A stretch of DNA of 64,000 nucleotides. It comes from Minisyncoccota bacterium. GTDB taxonomy: Bacteria > Patescibacteriota > Minisyncoccia > Phycocordibacterales > XYD1-FULL-46-19. The stretch spans positions 26,503-90,502 of the forward strand of contig JBAYIK010000004.1 of the NCBI GenBank assembly GCA_041665625.1, given 5' to 3'. The notes below the pieces were generated by a model, which ran no database searches, had not been told where the DNA came from, and saw nothing but the letters and a program-made list of their open reading frames with translations. The translations under genes and the position numbers were made by a program. Every line of letters starts with the position of its first letter. Positions within the stretch are counted from its first letter, which is position 1. This document shows positions 18,202 through 27,465 of this stretch, in pieces.

Positions 18202-20546
18202 TGTCTAATTACATTCTTTATCTTTTGGTTTTTCTAGCCGCGCTTATTGTCTTGGGTCTTGTCTGGCGCCAAACGAGAAAACGACACTGGAAGAGCCTTA
18301 ATTTAAGAATATTGCAGATCCGCATTCCACGTACTGGCAACGAAGACAAGGGCGACCCGCTCAAGGAAATTAATCTCTCTGAGCAACTCTTCTCCTCCCT
18401 CTCCTCTATGAATGAGCCATTTGTTTTCGAGGTGGCGGTTAAGAATGTCGGAGAAGAAATTGGTTTCTACTTGGCGGTGCCTCGGAATCAGCTTGATTTT
18501 GCTAAGAGGGTCATCCAGGGTCTCTTCTTGGACGCTCGGGTGGAGGAGACAACAGATTACACTATTTTCCAACCTCATGGGATGGCGGTGGCCGGTTATC
18601 TTGCGATGGACAAGAGCTATTTGATGCCGATTAATACTTATGCCGAGGTTCAGGCTGATGTCTTTGGCCCGATTGTAAGTACCCTGTCTCGAGTGCGAGA
18701 CACTGACGAGGGCGTGGCCCTTCAGATTGTCGTTAAGCCCGCTGACAGTGGAATTAAAAAGAAAATTTCTTCTGGCCTAGAGCAGCTTAAAAAAGGTGTT
18801 AAGTTTTCTAAGCTTGGTTCGGGTGAAAGTTTTAGTCCAAAAGAGATTTATAAAATTCTTTCGGATAATCCTGGCAAAGATGAAAAGAAGGACGTCCAGA
18901 TGGATGAAGAGATGATTAAGGCTGTTGGCTTAAAATTAGCCAAACCTCTTTTCTTGGTTAATGCCCGTGTCGTCACTTCATCTATTGATCAGAACCGAGC
19001 GGAGGACCTCTTCTTATCCATTGCGGGGGCTCTCACTAAGTTCTCCTCCCCTATTCGCAATAGTTTGAAGATGATCAAACCTAAGAAAGTCCGTTCCCTT
19101 ATTTTTAATTACGTCTTCCGCGAGTTTGATGACAAACAGGCAATGATTCTAAATACTGAAGAAATTGCCAGTATCTTCCACTTACCGACGGCCACTTCGG
19201 ATGTCCCCAATGTTAGCTGGCTTAAGTCTAAAGAGGCTCCCCCACCAGATGAGATCCCTACTGAAGGTCTCAAAATTGGCCAGAGCATCTTCCGTGGTTC
19301 CACTAAGGATATTCGTATTACTGATGACGATCGCCGTCGCCACCTCTACATCATTGGCCAGACTGGTACCGGTAAGTCTGTTATGCTTCAGAATCTCGCG
19401 ATGCAGGACATGAGCGCTGGTAAGGGTTTTTGCGTCATTGATCCCCATGGCGACCTGGTGGATAAGATTTTGAAATTTGTGCCCAAAGAAAGGATTGATG
19501 ATGTCATTATCTTTGATCCTGGGGACCGTGAGCGTCCGCTTGGTCTTAATATGCTCGAATATGATTTTACTAAGCCAGAGGAGAAGACTTTCATTATCAA
19601 CGAGTTTCTGGCCATCTTTAATCAGCTCTTTGATAAAGCGTCGCTCGGTCCAATGTTTGAGCGTTATATGCGTGGCGCTTTGAATCTCTTAATGGATGAC
19701 ATGGTCAATGAGCCCGCTACCATTGTTGATATTCCTCGTGTCTTCACTGATGAAGAATTCCGTAAGCGCAAACTTGCTCGTTCCAAGAACCAACAGGTTA
19801 TCGATTTCTGGACTAAGGAAGTTACTAAGACTACTGGTGACCAGAGTTTAGGTAACTTTGCTCCTTATATCGCTTCTAAATTTGATGGCTTTAGTTCTAA
19901 CGATTATATCCGACCTATCATTGGTCAACCTAAATCTTCTTTTGATTTTAGAAAAGCGATGGATGAGGGCAAAATTATTTTGGTTAATCTCTCTAAGGGT
20001 AAGATTGGGGATATTAGCTCATCCCTCTTGGGTATGGTTATCGTCGGTAAGATCTTAAAAGCGGCTTTGTCTCGCGTTGATATTGAAGAAAAAGAGAGAA
20101 AAGACTTTTATCTCTATATCGATGAGTTCCAGAATTACACCACTGACTCAATTGCTGTCATTTTATCTGAGGCACGTAAGTATCGCTTGGACTTGATTGT
20201 GGCCCACCAATTCATTGCTCAGCTCAAAGATAATATCCGTGATGCCGTCTTTGGTAACGTCGGAAACATTGTCTCCTTCCGGGTTGGGGTGGATGACGCT
20301 GAATATTTGGTCAAACACTTCTCACCAGTTTTTAATGAAAAGGATTTGATAGGGGTAGAGAACCTTAATGCTTACGTTAAGATTTTAGTAAAAGGTATTC
20401 CGAGCACTCCCTTTAACATTAACTTTACTTGGGCCTCGGGAGGTTCAGACGAGGTCCGAGAGGGTCTCAAGGAACTCTCGCGTCTACGTTATGGCCAAGA
20501 TTTAGCCAAAGTTGAGGAGGATATTCAGACTCGCCTCCGAAATTAG
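18201..20546 (+). CDS. VirD4/TraG-like type IV coupling ATPase
   Basis: N-terminal TM; RRRHLYIIGQTGTGKS, IDPHGDL, LYIDEFQN, LSEARKY.L.L..AHQ. Confidence 0.9.
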   Translation: MSNYILYLLVFLAALIVLGLVWRQTRKRHWKSLNLRILQIRIPRTGNEDKGDPLKEINLSEQLFSSLSSMNEPFVFEVAVKNVGEEIGFYLAVPRNQLDFAKRVIQGLFLDARVEETTDYTIFQPHGMAVAGYLAMDKSYLMPINTYAEVQADVFGPIVSTLSRVRDTDEGVALQIVVKPADSGIKKKISSGLEQLKKGVKFSKLGSGESFSPKEIYKILSDNPGKDEKKDVQMDEEMIKAVGLKLAKPLFLVNARVVTSSIDQNRAEDLFLSIAGALTKFSSPIRNSLKMIKPKKVRSLIFNYVFREFDDKQAMILNTEEIASIFHLPTATSDVPNVSWLKSKEAPPPDEIPTEGLKIGQSIFRGSTKDIRITDDDRRRHLYIIGQTGTGKSVMLQNLAMQDMSAGKGFCVIDPHGDLVDKILKFVPKERIDDVIIFDPGDRERPLGLNMLEYDFTKPEEKTFIINEFLAIFNQLFDKASLGPMFERYMRGALNLLMDDMVNEPATIVDIPRVFTDEEFRKRKLARSKNQQVIDFWTKEVTKTTGDQSLGNFAPYIASKFDGFSSNDYIRPIIGQPKSSFDFRKAMDEGKIILVNLSKGKIGDISSSLLGMVIVGKILKAALSRVDIEEKERKDFYLYIDEFQNYTTDSIAVILSEARKYRLDLIVAHQFIAQLKDNIRDAVFGNVGNIVSFRVGVDDAEYLVKHFSPVFNEKDLIGVENLNAYVKILVKGIPSTPFNINFTWASGGSDEVREGLKELSRLRYGQDLAKVEEDIQTRLRN

Positions 20547-20628
20547 GGGGGCTTACCCTGCGTAGCTTCACGCGAAGCAGGGGGATAACTGCGTTGAAAA
20601 AGGGCCTATTTTGGGCTAAACTACTGGG

Positions 20629-21666
20629 GTGAAAAAGATTTGGCTGGCCCCAGTTTTATTGTTGTTTTTACTCATTGCTCAGACTGCCGAGGGTAGTGTT
20701 TTGTCTACGCTTTTTGGTTTTTTGACCAGCTCGGTCGGGCAAGTAAGCGCCCTAGTTAAAAAGGAGGAAGAGATCAAGACCGAGACTAATTCTCAGAACC
20801 TCGACTTACCAGAACCAACCATGAGTATCGCCACTAGCTCTCCTAAGGCCGAACTTGATCAAGCTATCACAGGAGGAAGTGCAATTGCCCCTGAGACTGG
20901 TCCCCTTGGCACCTCGGCGGATCTCAAGGATAACCAGGCTCCATCTGACCTGATTAGCGTCTATACAATACACGAGGGGGACACCATTGGTATTGTCGCG
21001 AAGATGTTTAACGTCTCCCCCAACACGGTACTCTGGGCTAATGACCTAAAGAAAGGGTCTGCTTTGAAGCCGGGTGAAACTTTGGTTATCCTCCCTATTA
21101 CTGGTGTTCAGCATATTGTGAAGAAGGGCGACACGGTTAAGAGTATCGCGAAGAAATACGGTGGAGATGTTGAAGAAATCGCTGTTTATAATGATCTTGA
21201 TCTAAGTAAAGACCTTATCGTTGGCAGCACAGTCATTGTCCCTAATGGTGAAGAAAGCACTATTATTTCTGGGCCGAAGGCTGGCCAAAAAGCCCCAGCA
21301 AAATATAAGGGTCCAAGTTATAGTGGTTACTACATGAGACCAATTAGTGGCGGTATGCGCACTCAAGGTATCCATGGTAATAATGCGGTTGACCTTGCTT
21401 CTAAGATTGGTACACCAATTTATGCTGCTGCCCAAGGCCGAGTAATTATTGCTAAGACTGGCGGTTGGAATGGAGGCTATGGTAATTATGTTGTCATCGC
21501 CCACCCTAACGGCACTCAGACTCTCTATGGTCACATGAATAAGGTAATGACCTCTGTCGGCGCGCGTGTTGATAAGGGCGATCAAATTGGCCAACTTGGC
21601 TCCACCGGCCACTCGACCGGTCCGCATGTCCACTTCGAACTCCGCGGGGCTTCGAATCCATTCTGA
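20629..21666 (+). CDS. LysM + M23 peptidoglycan endopeptidase
   Basis: Two LysM repeats; H...AVD, YGH, G.STGPHVHFE. Confidence 0.9.
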   Translation: MKKIWLAPVLLLFLLIAQTAEGSVLSTLFGFLTSSVGQVSALVKKEEEIKTETNSQNLDLPEPTMSIATSSPKAELDQAITGGSAIAPETGPLGTSADLKDNQAPSDLISVYTIHEGDTIGIVAKMFNVSPNTVLWANDLKKGSALKPGETLVILPITGVQHIVKKGDTVKSIAKKYGGDVEEIAVYNDLDLSKDLIVGSTVIVPNGEESTIISGPKAGQKAPAKYKGPSYSGYYMRPISGGMRTQGIHGNNAVDLASKIGTPIYAAAQGRVIIAKTGGWNGGYGNYVVIAHPNGTQTLYGHMNKVMTSVGARVDKGDQIGQLGSTGHSTGPHVHFELRGASNPF

Positions 21667-22811
21667 TGACAAAAGAAACTGAAACAATAATTATCGGTGG
21701 GGGTATGTCCGGGATTGGCTGTGCTAGGACTCTCGCCAAGGAAGGGAAAGATTTTTTACTAATTAGTAAGGATATTGGTGGCCGGGTTGTCACTTCAGCT
21801 GATGGCCAGGTTAATTATGGCGCCTTCTACATAAGGAGCGATTATCACAACGTCTTACCCTTTGTTAAATTGGGGAGGCGAATTGCTTCGCGGTCTCTTG
21901 GTTGGGAGAAGATCAAGGGCCGACTGACTTTTTGGAATAAAATTTTCAATTACCCTGTTTCCATGATAAAGATTGCCGCCCATCTTCTCATCTTTAATTT
22001 TCATTATCAACGATTTAAGAAAAATTGTGAGAAGTTCTCGCAGGTTGAGGTCTTGGAGAAAGACCCCTATCTAAAAAAGATGCACGAGATGCCTGCCAAT
22101 GATTTTATTAAGAATCATCAGCTCGAGATTCTTCTCCCTCTTTTTGATCCAATCGTAAATAGCACGACTTTCTTGTCTATAAGAGAAGCTCCCTTGTCGG
22201 CGGCGGGGATGCTCCTGATGCTTATGATTGGTCTTTATCCGACAAACGAATTTATTATGGATAAGGATTTATTAGTTGAGGGCATTTCGGGTCAAGTTAT
22301 TTCGGACGAAGTCGTCTCCCTGTTGAGGGAAGATGATCGTTGGCTTATTAAAACTAATTCTGGTCAAGAATATCTTTCTAAAAACCTAGTAATGGCTACA
22401 CCGATTGATATTACTAAGAGACTCCTAAACCTTGATTTCCCGACTAATCAGCCAATCTCTGTTTATATGACACATCTCCGTGGTGAGCTTGTGGCTGAAT
22501 ATGAAGTTCCAGGGAATTTTATTTTATTCTCTCCCGATAAGACCGAAGATATCGTTATTGCTAAGGAGCCCAACGGGACGCTGCTTTTCTATTCCCATGA
22601 CTCAGCCTACAGTTTAGAAAAATATTTTAAGAATTATGAAATAATTGCCGAGAAGTTTTGGTCCCCCGCTTTCTTCGTCGGCCATAGTTTTATACCCTGT
22701 CTGTTCCCCGATAGTTTATTTATCATCGGTGATCACAATATTGTCGGGATGGAAGACGCTTATATTACCGGCATTTATGCCGGCAATAAAATCTCTGGCA
22801 AGACGGTTTAG
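21666..22811 (+). CDS. FAD-dependent oxidoreductase
   Basis: IIIGGGMSG dinucleotide-binding motif, GGR, C-terminal IGD...MEDA..TG. Confidence 0.75.
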   Translation: MTKETETIIIGGGMSGIGCARTLAKEGKDFLLISKDIGGRVVTSADGQVNYGAFYIRSDYHNVLPFVKLGRRIASRSLGWEKIKGRLTFWNKIFNYPVSMIKIAAHLLIFNFHYQRFKKNCEKFSQVEVLEKDPYLKKMHEMPANDFIKNHQLEILLPLFDPIVNSTTFLSIREAPLSAAGMLLMLMIGLYPTNEFIMDKDLLVEGISGQVISDEVVSLLREDDRWLIKTNSGQEYLSKNLVMATPIDITKRLLNLDFPTNQPISVYMTHLRGELVAEYEVPGNFILFSPDKTEDIVIAKEPNGTLLFYSHDSAYSLEKYFKNYEIIAEKFWSPAFFVGHSFIPCLFPDSLFIIGDHNIVGMEDAYITGIYAGNKISGKTV

Positions 22812-22813
22812 TC

Positions 22814-24382
22814 TTACTCAAAAATATTTTTTGGCCTATATTGCAACGCTTCGAGGAGGTGTTGATCTTGGATATCGTTGGAATTATCGAGATCGGCAAT
22901 GGTACGGGCGAGTTTAATAATACGATGGTAGGCGCGGGCTGAGAGATTAAGTCTTTTTGCCGAATCATTCAGAAGTTTTGTCGAAGAGTCTGTGAGGGGA
23001 GCGTATTTTTTAAGCTCTTTGGCCCCCATCTCTCCGTTAGTATTTATATTTTTTATATCTTCAAATCTTTTTGTTTGCTTGGCACGGGCTGATAGGACGC
23101 GAGAACGAATTTTATCAGAGCTCTCCCCCGCTGGTGCCTGGCTCGATAATTCTTCATGCTTGATTTGTGGCACATCAAGCCAGATATCGATGCGGTCAAT
23201 GATTGGCCCAGAGACCTTGCGACTGTATTTTTGGATTTGGCTTTGGGTGCAGGTGCACTCTTTAATTCTTGAACCTTTGAAGCCACAAGGGCAAGGATTA
23301 AGAGCCGCGACGAGTAAGAAACTAGCGGGGAAATTCATCGAACTCCTTGCCCGGGCAACACTAATGACCCTGTCTTCTAGAGGTTGGCGCAAGGCCTCAA
23401 TAACTTTTTTATCAAACTCGGGGAACTCATCTAAGAAGAGGACCCCGCGGTGGGCCAAAGTAATCTCACCAGGCTTAGGCCAAGCCCCACCACCGACGAG
23501 TGAGACATAAGACGAGGTATGATGGGGTGAGCGGAAGGGCGGTTCGGTTATTAGCTCATTATCCAAAGATCCAGTGGCCGAGTGAATCCCCGTGACTTCG
23601 ATAATCTGATCAATATTGAGCGGTGGCATAATGCCAGTGAAGGCCCGTGCGAGCATGGTCTTGCCTGTCCCTGGTGGCCCATACATGGCGACATTGTGAC
23701 CACCAGCGGCGGCGATTTCTAGTCCCCTCTTGGCGGTTTGTTGGCTACGGATTTCTGAGAAATCGGTAATGTTCTCATTTTTATTAAAAATTATTTTTGT
23801 TTTTGGAGCTGATTCAATTCTAGACGAGAGAACGGACTGTCCTTCCCCATCGTCGCCGTCCCCGATCTTTGGGGATAGGTGATTTGTCACCTGTTCAAGT
23901 GAATAACAAGGGTAGATAGTGATATCGTGAATTAGGGCCGCTTCGTTGGCATTCTCCTCTGGCAAATAAACTTCCGCGAAGCCTTTTTCTTTAGCTTTCT
24001 GAACAATAAGGAGAGCCCCATTGATGGGTCTTAATTTCCCATCGAGAGCGAGTTCTCCGATAAAGAGTTTGCCCTTGGGTTGAAATTTCATCTCGCCGGC
24101 AGCGAATAAATAGCCGAGAGCAATCGCCAGATCAAAGGACGATCCTTCTTTACGGATATTGGCCGGAGCCAGAGAGACAATAACTTTTTTGTTGCCCTTT
24201 TGTGGAGCGCGAAAGCCCGAATTCTTTATTGCTGAATTGATACGGTCCTTGGCTTCAGCGACCGCCTTATCAGGGAGGCCAACAATAGAAAAAGATTGAA
24301 GTCCTTTGTTGATATCGACTTCGACTTCAATAATATCGGTCTTGAGGCCGATGATTTGCGCTGAATTTATCTTAGCGACCAT
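22814..24382 (-). CDS. comM: YifB/ComM AAA+ ATPase (Mg-chelatase-like, competence helicase)
   Basis: IVGLPD.AV.E, LAPA...KEG..FDL.IA, GPPGTGKT, FRSPHH, PGEITLAHRGVLFLDE, NPCPCG. Confidence 0.92.
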   Translation of the reverse strand: MVAKINSAQIIGLKTDIIEVEVDINKGLQSFSIVGLPDKAVAEAKDRINSAIKNSGFRAPQKGNKKVIVSLAPANIRKEGSSFDLAIALGYLFAAGEMKFQPKGKLFIGELALDGKLRPINGALLIVQKAKEKGFAEVYLPEENANEAALIHDITIYPCYSLEQVTNHLSPKIGDGDDGEGQSVLSSRIESAPKTKIIFNKNENITDFSEIRSQQTAKRGLEIAAAGGHNVAMYGPPGTGKTMLARAFTGIMPPLNIDQIIEVTGIHSATGSLDNELITEPPFRSPHHTSSYVSLVGGGAWPKPGEITLAHRGVLFLDEFPEFDKKVIEALRQPLEDRVISVARARSSMNFPASFLLVAALNPCPCGFKGSRIKECTCTQSQIQKYSRKVSGPIIDRIDIWLDVPQIKHEELSSQAPAGESSDKIRSRVLSARAKQTKRFEDIKNINTNGEMGAKELKKYAPLTDSSTKLLNDSAKRLNLSARAYHRIIKLARTIADLDNSNDIQDQHLLEALQYRPKNIFE

Positions 24383-24416
24383 GCGCTAATAGTTATTAGA
24401 TAATAAATAGTAGAAA

Positions 24417-24776
24417 CTATATTTCTACAGTATCCTCTTCGTCACGATGTTCTTTGCAAGTTAGTGAGGCTGGATCAGCGTCGAGACGGTCACGCTCAAT
24501 TGGTTTACGACAGACAGCGCAGACAAAACCATTAGCCAGGGCCCAGTGGAGGGCTCGCTCGTTCTCAAGGATTAGACCCTCAGTGTTCGCAATTTCTTGT
24601 TCAAGTCTCTCTCGGTCATCGCGCTGGCTTCCGACATCATCTCCCGACATTGGCTTGTCATCTTGTATCTCTTTAAGTCTTAGCTCGTCTTCTTTTTTCC
24701 CTTTGGTGAGTTCGGCAATATTTTCCTTAAGAAGGTCTAGATAGTGTTGGTCATTTTTTTCTATTTTGTTGGTCAT
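24417..24776 (-). CDS. DksA/TraR family zinc-finger protein
   Basis: Coiled coil then CAVC..PI..DRL.A.P....C..H. Confidence 0.75.
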   Translation of the reverse strand: MTNKIEKNDQHYLDLLKENIAELTKGKKEDELRLKEIQDDKPMSGDDVGSQRDDRERLEQEIANTEGLILENERALHWALANGFVCAVCRKPIERDRLDADPASLTCKEHRDEEDTVEI

Positions 24777-24862
24777 TTTGTTTTTCCTCGCATAACGAGA
24801 GTTAATTATTGATTACATCGTAACAAACGGGTTCTTTTTGTCAATAAAACCTTTTAGAGTGT

Positions 24863-26098
24863 TTACCGAGGGGAAGAATAGGAGCTGATGACCTTGGCCA
24901 AGGTCCCCTCATTTATTGTCACGACGAGGGTTTCTTTATCAATCCAAGAATAGACGGCTATAATGGTGTTCGTTTCGTCAACAACTAATCTCGTATCATA
25001 ATTTTTTATCATCTTGTCTTGGAGCGGGGTGTTTAGTATTTTTTCGGTACTCGAGGCGTCTTCAAAGGGGGCCAACAGTTCAGAAATAATAATGTTCTCG
25101 TTGCTTAATATAGCACTAGCAACATTTTTATAGTTTTTTGTTTTTAAAATATAGAAGGGCGAAGTTTGTTCTCCGTAGTAAAAGCCGAGCATTAATTTAG
25201 GCTCAAGAGAGCGCAAGAAGTCGTCTGGCAACTTGAGTTCTAGTTTGCCGGCAATCGCTGTCGGGTCAGCCTCAACCATTTTCATCACTAATCCTGTTTG
25301 GGTTTGTTCCTTTATTTGATAAGTAAAATAAATTTCCTCAATACTTTCTTTCCCTGCCGGCGGGGTTAGACTTTTTTCTCTCAACTCCTCTCGTATTTGA
25401 GTCGCGGTCTCCTGGTCAAGATTGATCGCCTGTTGCTTGTCAGAAAAAATTAGACCTTGTCTTGTTACTTTTACAGTGGCCAGGCTTGTGGTTTGTCTTT
25501 GCCCAATGGCCCAGACTAAAGCAATTAACCCTCCAATTATTAATAGCACCCCAATACCCACTAGCCAGGAGCGGTTAGTTACGCTTTTTTCTTTTTTAGC
25601 TAAGTTCTCTTTGTCTGGCGTTTGAGTGACAATCTTGCTGACACTTAAGCCTTCTCTGCCGATGGTTTCTCCTATGTCACGGGTTAGGGTCTTGATGGCA
25701 GCCGGTCCAGCATTAGGACTCTTTTTTATTAAATTGATTTCTTCTTGAGATTTTAGAATTTCATTAATTTTAGCTACCCGGAGGGCTTCGGCCTCGGCAT
25801 CTTTGACGGTTTGCTCTTGGCCAATTTTATTTTTCTCCTCCTCCTCTTTTATTTTGCGGGCTGCTTCAAGGTCGGCCAGTTTCTTTTGGGCCTCAATTTT
25901 TCCCAGCCGAGCTTTCTCAGCGTCGTCCCAAGCCTTTTTTTGTTCGTCACTGGCCATGGCCTTTGCCGCTTCTTGTCGTCGCCTCTCAAAGTCCTCACTG
26001 GTTTTTTTCCAGCTCATTAGTTTTTCTTCACCAGACAAAACCAACTTAGCTTTAGCTAGTCTGTCTTGCTCATTGGTTTCTGAGGTCTCTTCTGCCAT
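24863..26098 (-). CDS. Coiled-coil single-TM hypothetical protein
   Basis: Charged N-terminal half, IKTL..D motif, central TM. Confidence 0.65.
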   Translation of the reverse strand: MAEETSETNEQDRLAKAKLVLSGEEKLMSWKKTSEDFERRRQEAAKAMASDEQKKAWDDAEKARLGKIEAQKKLADLEAARKIKEEEEKNKIGQEQTVKDAEAEALRVAKINEILKSQEEINLIKKSPNAGPAAIKTLTRDIGETIGREGLSVSKIVTQTPDKENLAKKEKSVTNRSWLVGIGVLLIIGGLIALVWAIGQRQTTSLATVKVTRQGLIFSDKQQAINLDQETATQIREELREKSLTPPAGKESIEEIYFTYQIKEQTQTGLVMKMVEADPTAIAGKLELKLPDDFLRSLEPKLMLGFYYGEQTSPFYILKTKNYKNVASAILSNENIIISELLAPFEDASSTEKILNTPLQDKMIKNYDTRLVVDETNTIIAVYSWIDKETLVVTINEGTLAKVISSYSSPR

Positions 26099-26105
26099 TA
26101 GTCGA

Positions 26106-27437
26106 TTAACTTAACCAGGGAAAAGTTTTTTTACTACTTTTGTTCACGTCAGCCGGGTCAATTTGCTGGTTCTTTAAGGCGTCGGCCATATCACTTTGAA
26201 GAGTCCGGAGGGGTCTAATCCCTGTACTTTCATCTTGTGAACTTTGAGAGGGCTCCCTTTTTTGATCAATTTTTTGTTGGCGGAGAGAATCAATCTCTTC
26301 GTTTTCTTGGCGGATTCTTTCAAGTTCGAGCATTCTGTTTGGTTCTGGTTTATTCGCCTCCTCCATCTTAGTCACTGGTTGGACGATGGGTTCTGTCGGT
26401 GGTGCGGGTTTGGTTTCTTGAATTGGTGCGGGGGCGGCAGTGCTCGCTTGTTTAACCTGGGCGGTTCTGTCCATCGCCTCAGAAAGCTTTTTCTTTAGTT
26501 CTTCGGCTCTGGCTTGATCCGCTTGCAAGCGCAAAGTTTCTTGTCTTTGTTTTTCCTCCTCAGCTCGACGCAAGGTCTCAATTGATTTGGCCGCACTTGA
26601 GGCAGCATTTTGCTGCTGCTTTTGAATCTCGAGGGCTTTGAGTTCCTCAGCTTTTTTTCTGTCTTCCTCCGCTTTCTTAATTTCTTCAGCTCGCCGTCGC
26701 TCAGCTTCAGCTCCTTGCCTCTCTTCTTCTACCTGTTTGAGAGCCGATTGTTGCCTCTTCTGTTCTTCTAACTCATGCTGCTGGCGCATCACTTCCTGTT
26801 GTAGAAGAATCTGTTCATCAATGGCTTGAATTTTACCTCTTATCTCTTCTTCTTGATTTAGAAGATTTTGGTATTTTTTCTTTACCTCACCAATTTGATC
26901 TTCAATCTTTGTGATCTTCTCTTCGACTAACCATTTTTCTTCTTCAATAGCTCTTCTTTTTTCTTGGGTCTGCCAACGCTTCTGCTCTACCTCATGCTTT
27001 TCTTTAGGGGTAACAGTGGTGTCTTCTTGCCCCTCTTCCTGGTTCTCCTCACTCTGGATGGCATCTTCTTGTAAGAGAATTGGCTCGAGGACTTTTTTCA
27101 GCCCGGTTCTCTTGTCATCCAAGTTTACCCAGGTGAGTTCGAGAAGTTCCTTTTCGTGATCAAGAGAAAGAAGTAAACGATTTAATTGTTGTTTTTCTTC
27201 ACTCGCCTCTTCTTCTTTTTCTGTTGCTTCACGACGGACAGTGCGATCAAGGCCCTCCATCGCAATCTTTGCTTTTCTGACCTTCTCTTCTCGGCTGACG
27301 AGAGGGGCAGCCGTTACTGTCGGGACTGTTGCTTGGGCTGTTGTTGCCGCACTATTAACCGGCGCCACCGTTACTTGCGGTGGTACTTGATTTTGATTAT
27401 CAGAATCAGACGTTGTCTGTTTTACAACATCAGGCAT
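26106..27437 (-). CDS. Long coiled-coil hypothetical protein
   Basis: E/K/Q-rich, C-terminal LRTLQSD motif. Confidence 0.65.
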   Translation of the reverse strand: MPDVVKQTTSDSDNQNQVPPQVTVAPVNSAATTAQATVPTVTAAPLVSREEKVRKAKIAMEGLDRTVRREATEKEEEASEEKQQLNRLLLSLDHEKELLELTWVNLDDKRTGLKKVLEPILLQEDAIQSEENQEEGQEDTTVTPKEKHEVEQKRWQTQEKRRAIEEEKWLVEEKITKIEDQIGEVKKKYQNLLNQEEEIRGKIQAIDEQILLQQEVMRQQHELEEQKRQQSALKQVEEERQGAEAERRRAEEIKKAEEDRKKAEELKALEIQKQQQNAASSAAKSIETLRRAEEEKQRQETLRLQADQARAEELKKKLSEAMDRTAQVKQASTAAPAPIQETKPAPPTEPIVQPVTKMEEANKPEPNRMLELERIRQENEEIDSLRQQKIDQKREPSQSSQDESTGIRPLRTLQSDMADALKNQQIDPADVNKSSKKTFPWLS

Positions 27438-27465
27438 TACTCTTTTATTATAACCAATTTAGTTT

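Noticed and set aside
3077-20546. Conjugative ICE or prophage (VirB4/VirD4, lysozyme)
   Set aside because: No relaxase, integrase or phage structural genes; the genes are interleaved with rsmA and pcrA, and the lysozyme is a domain of a secreted protein.
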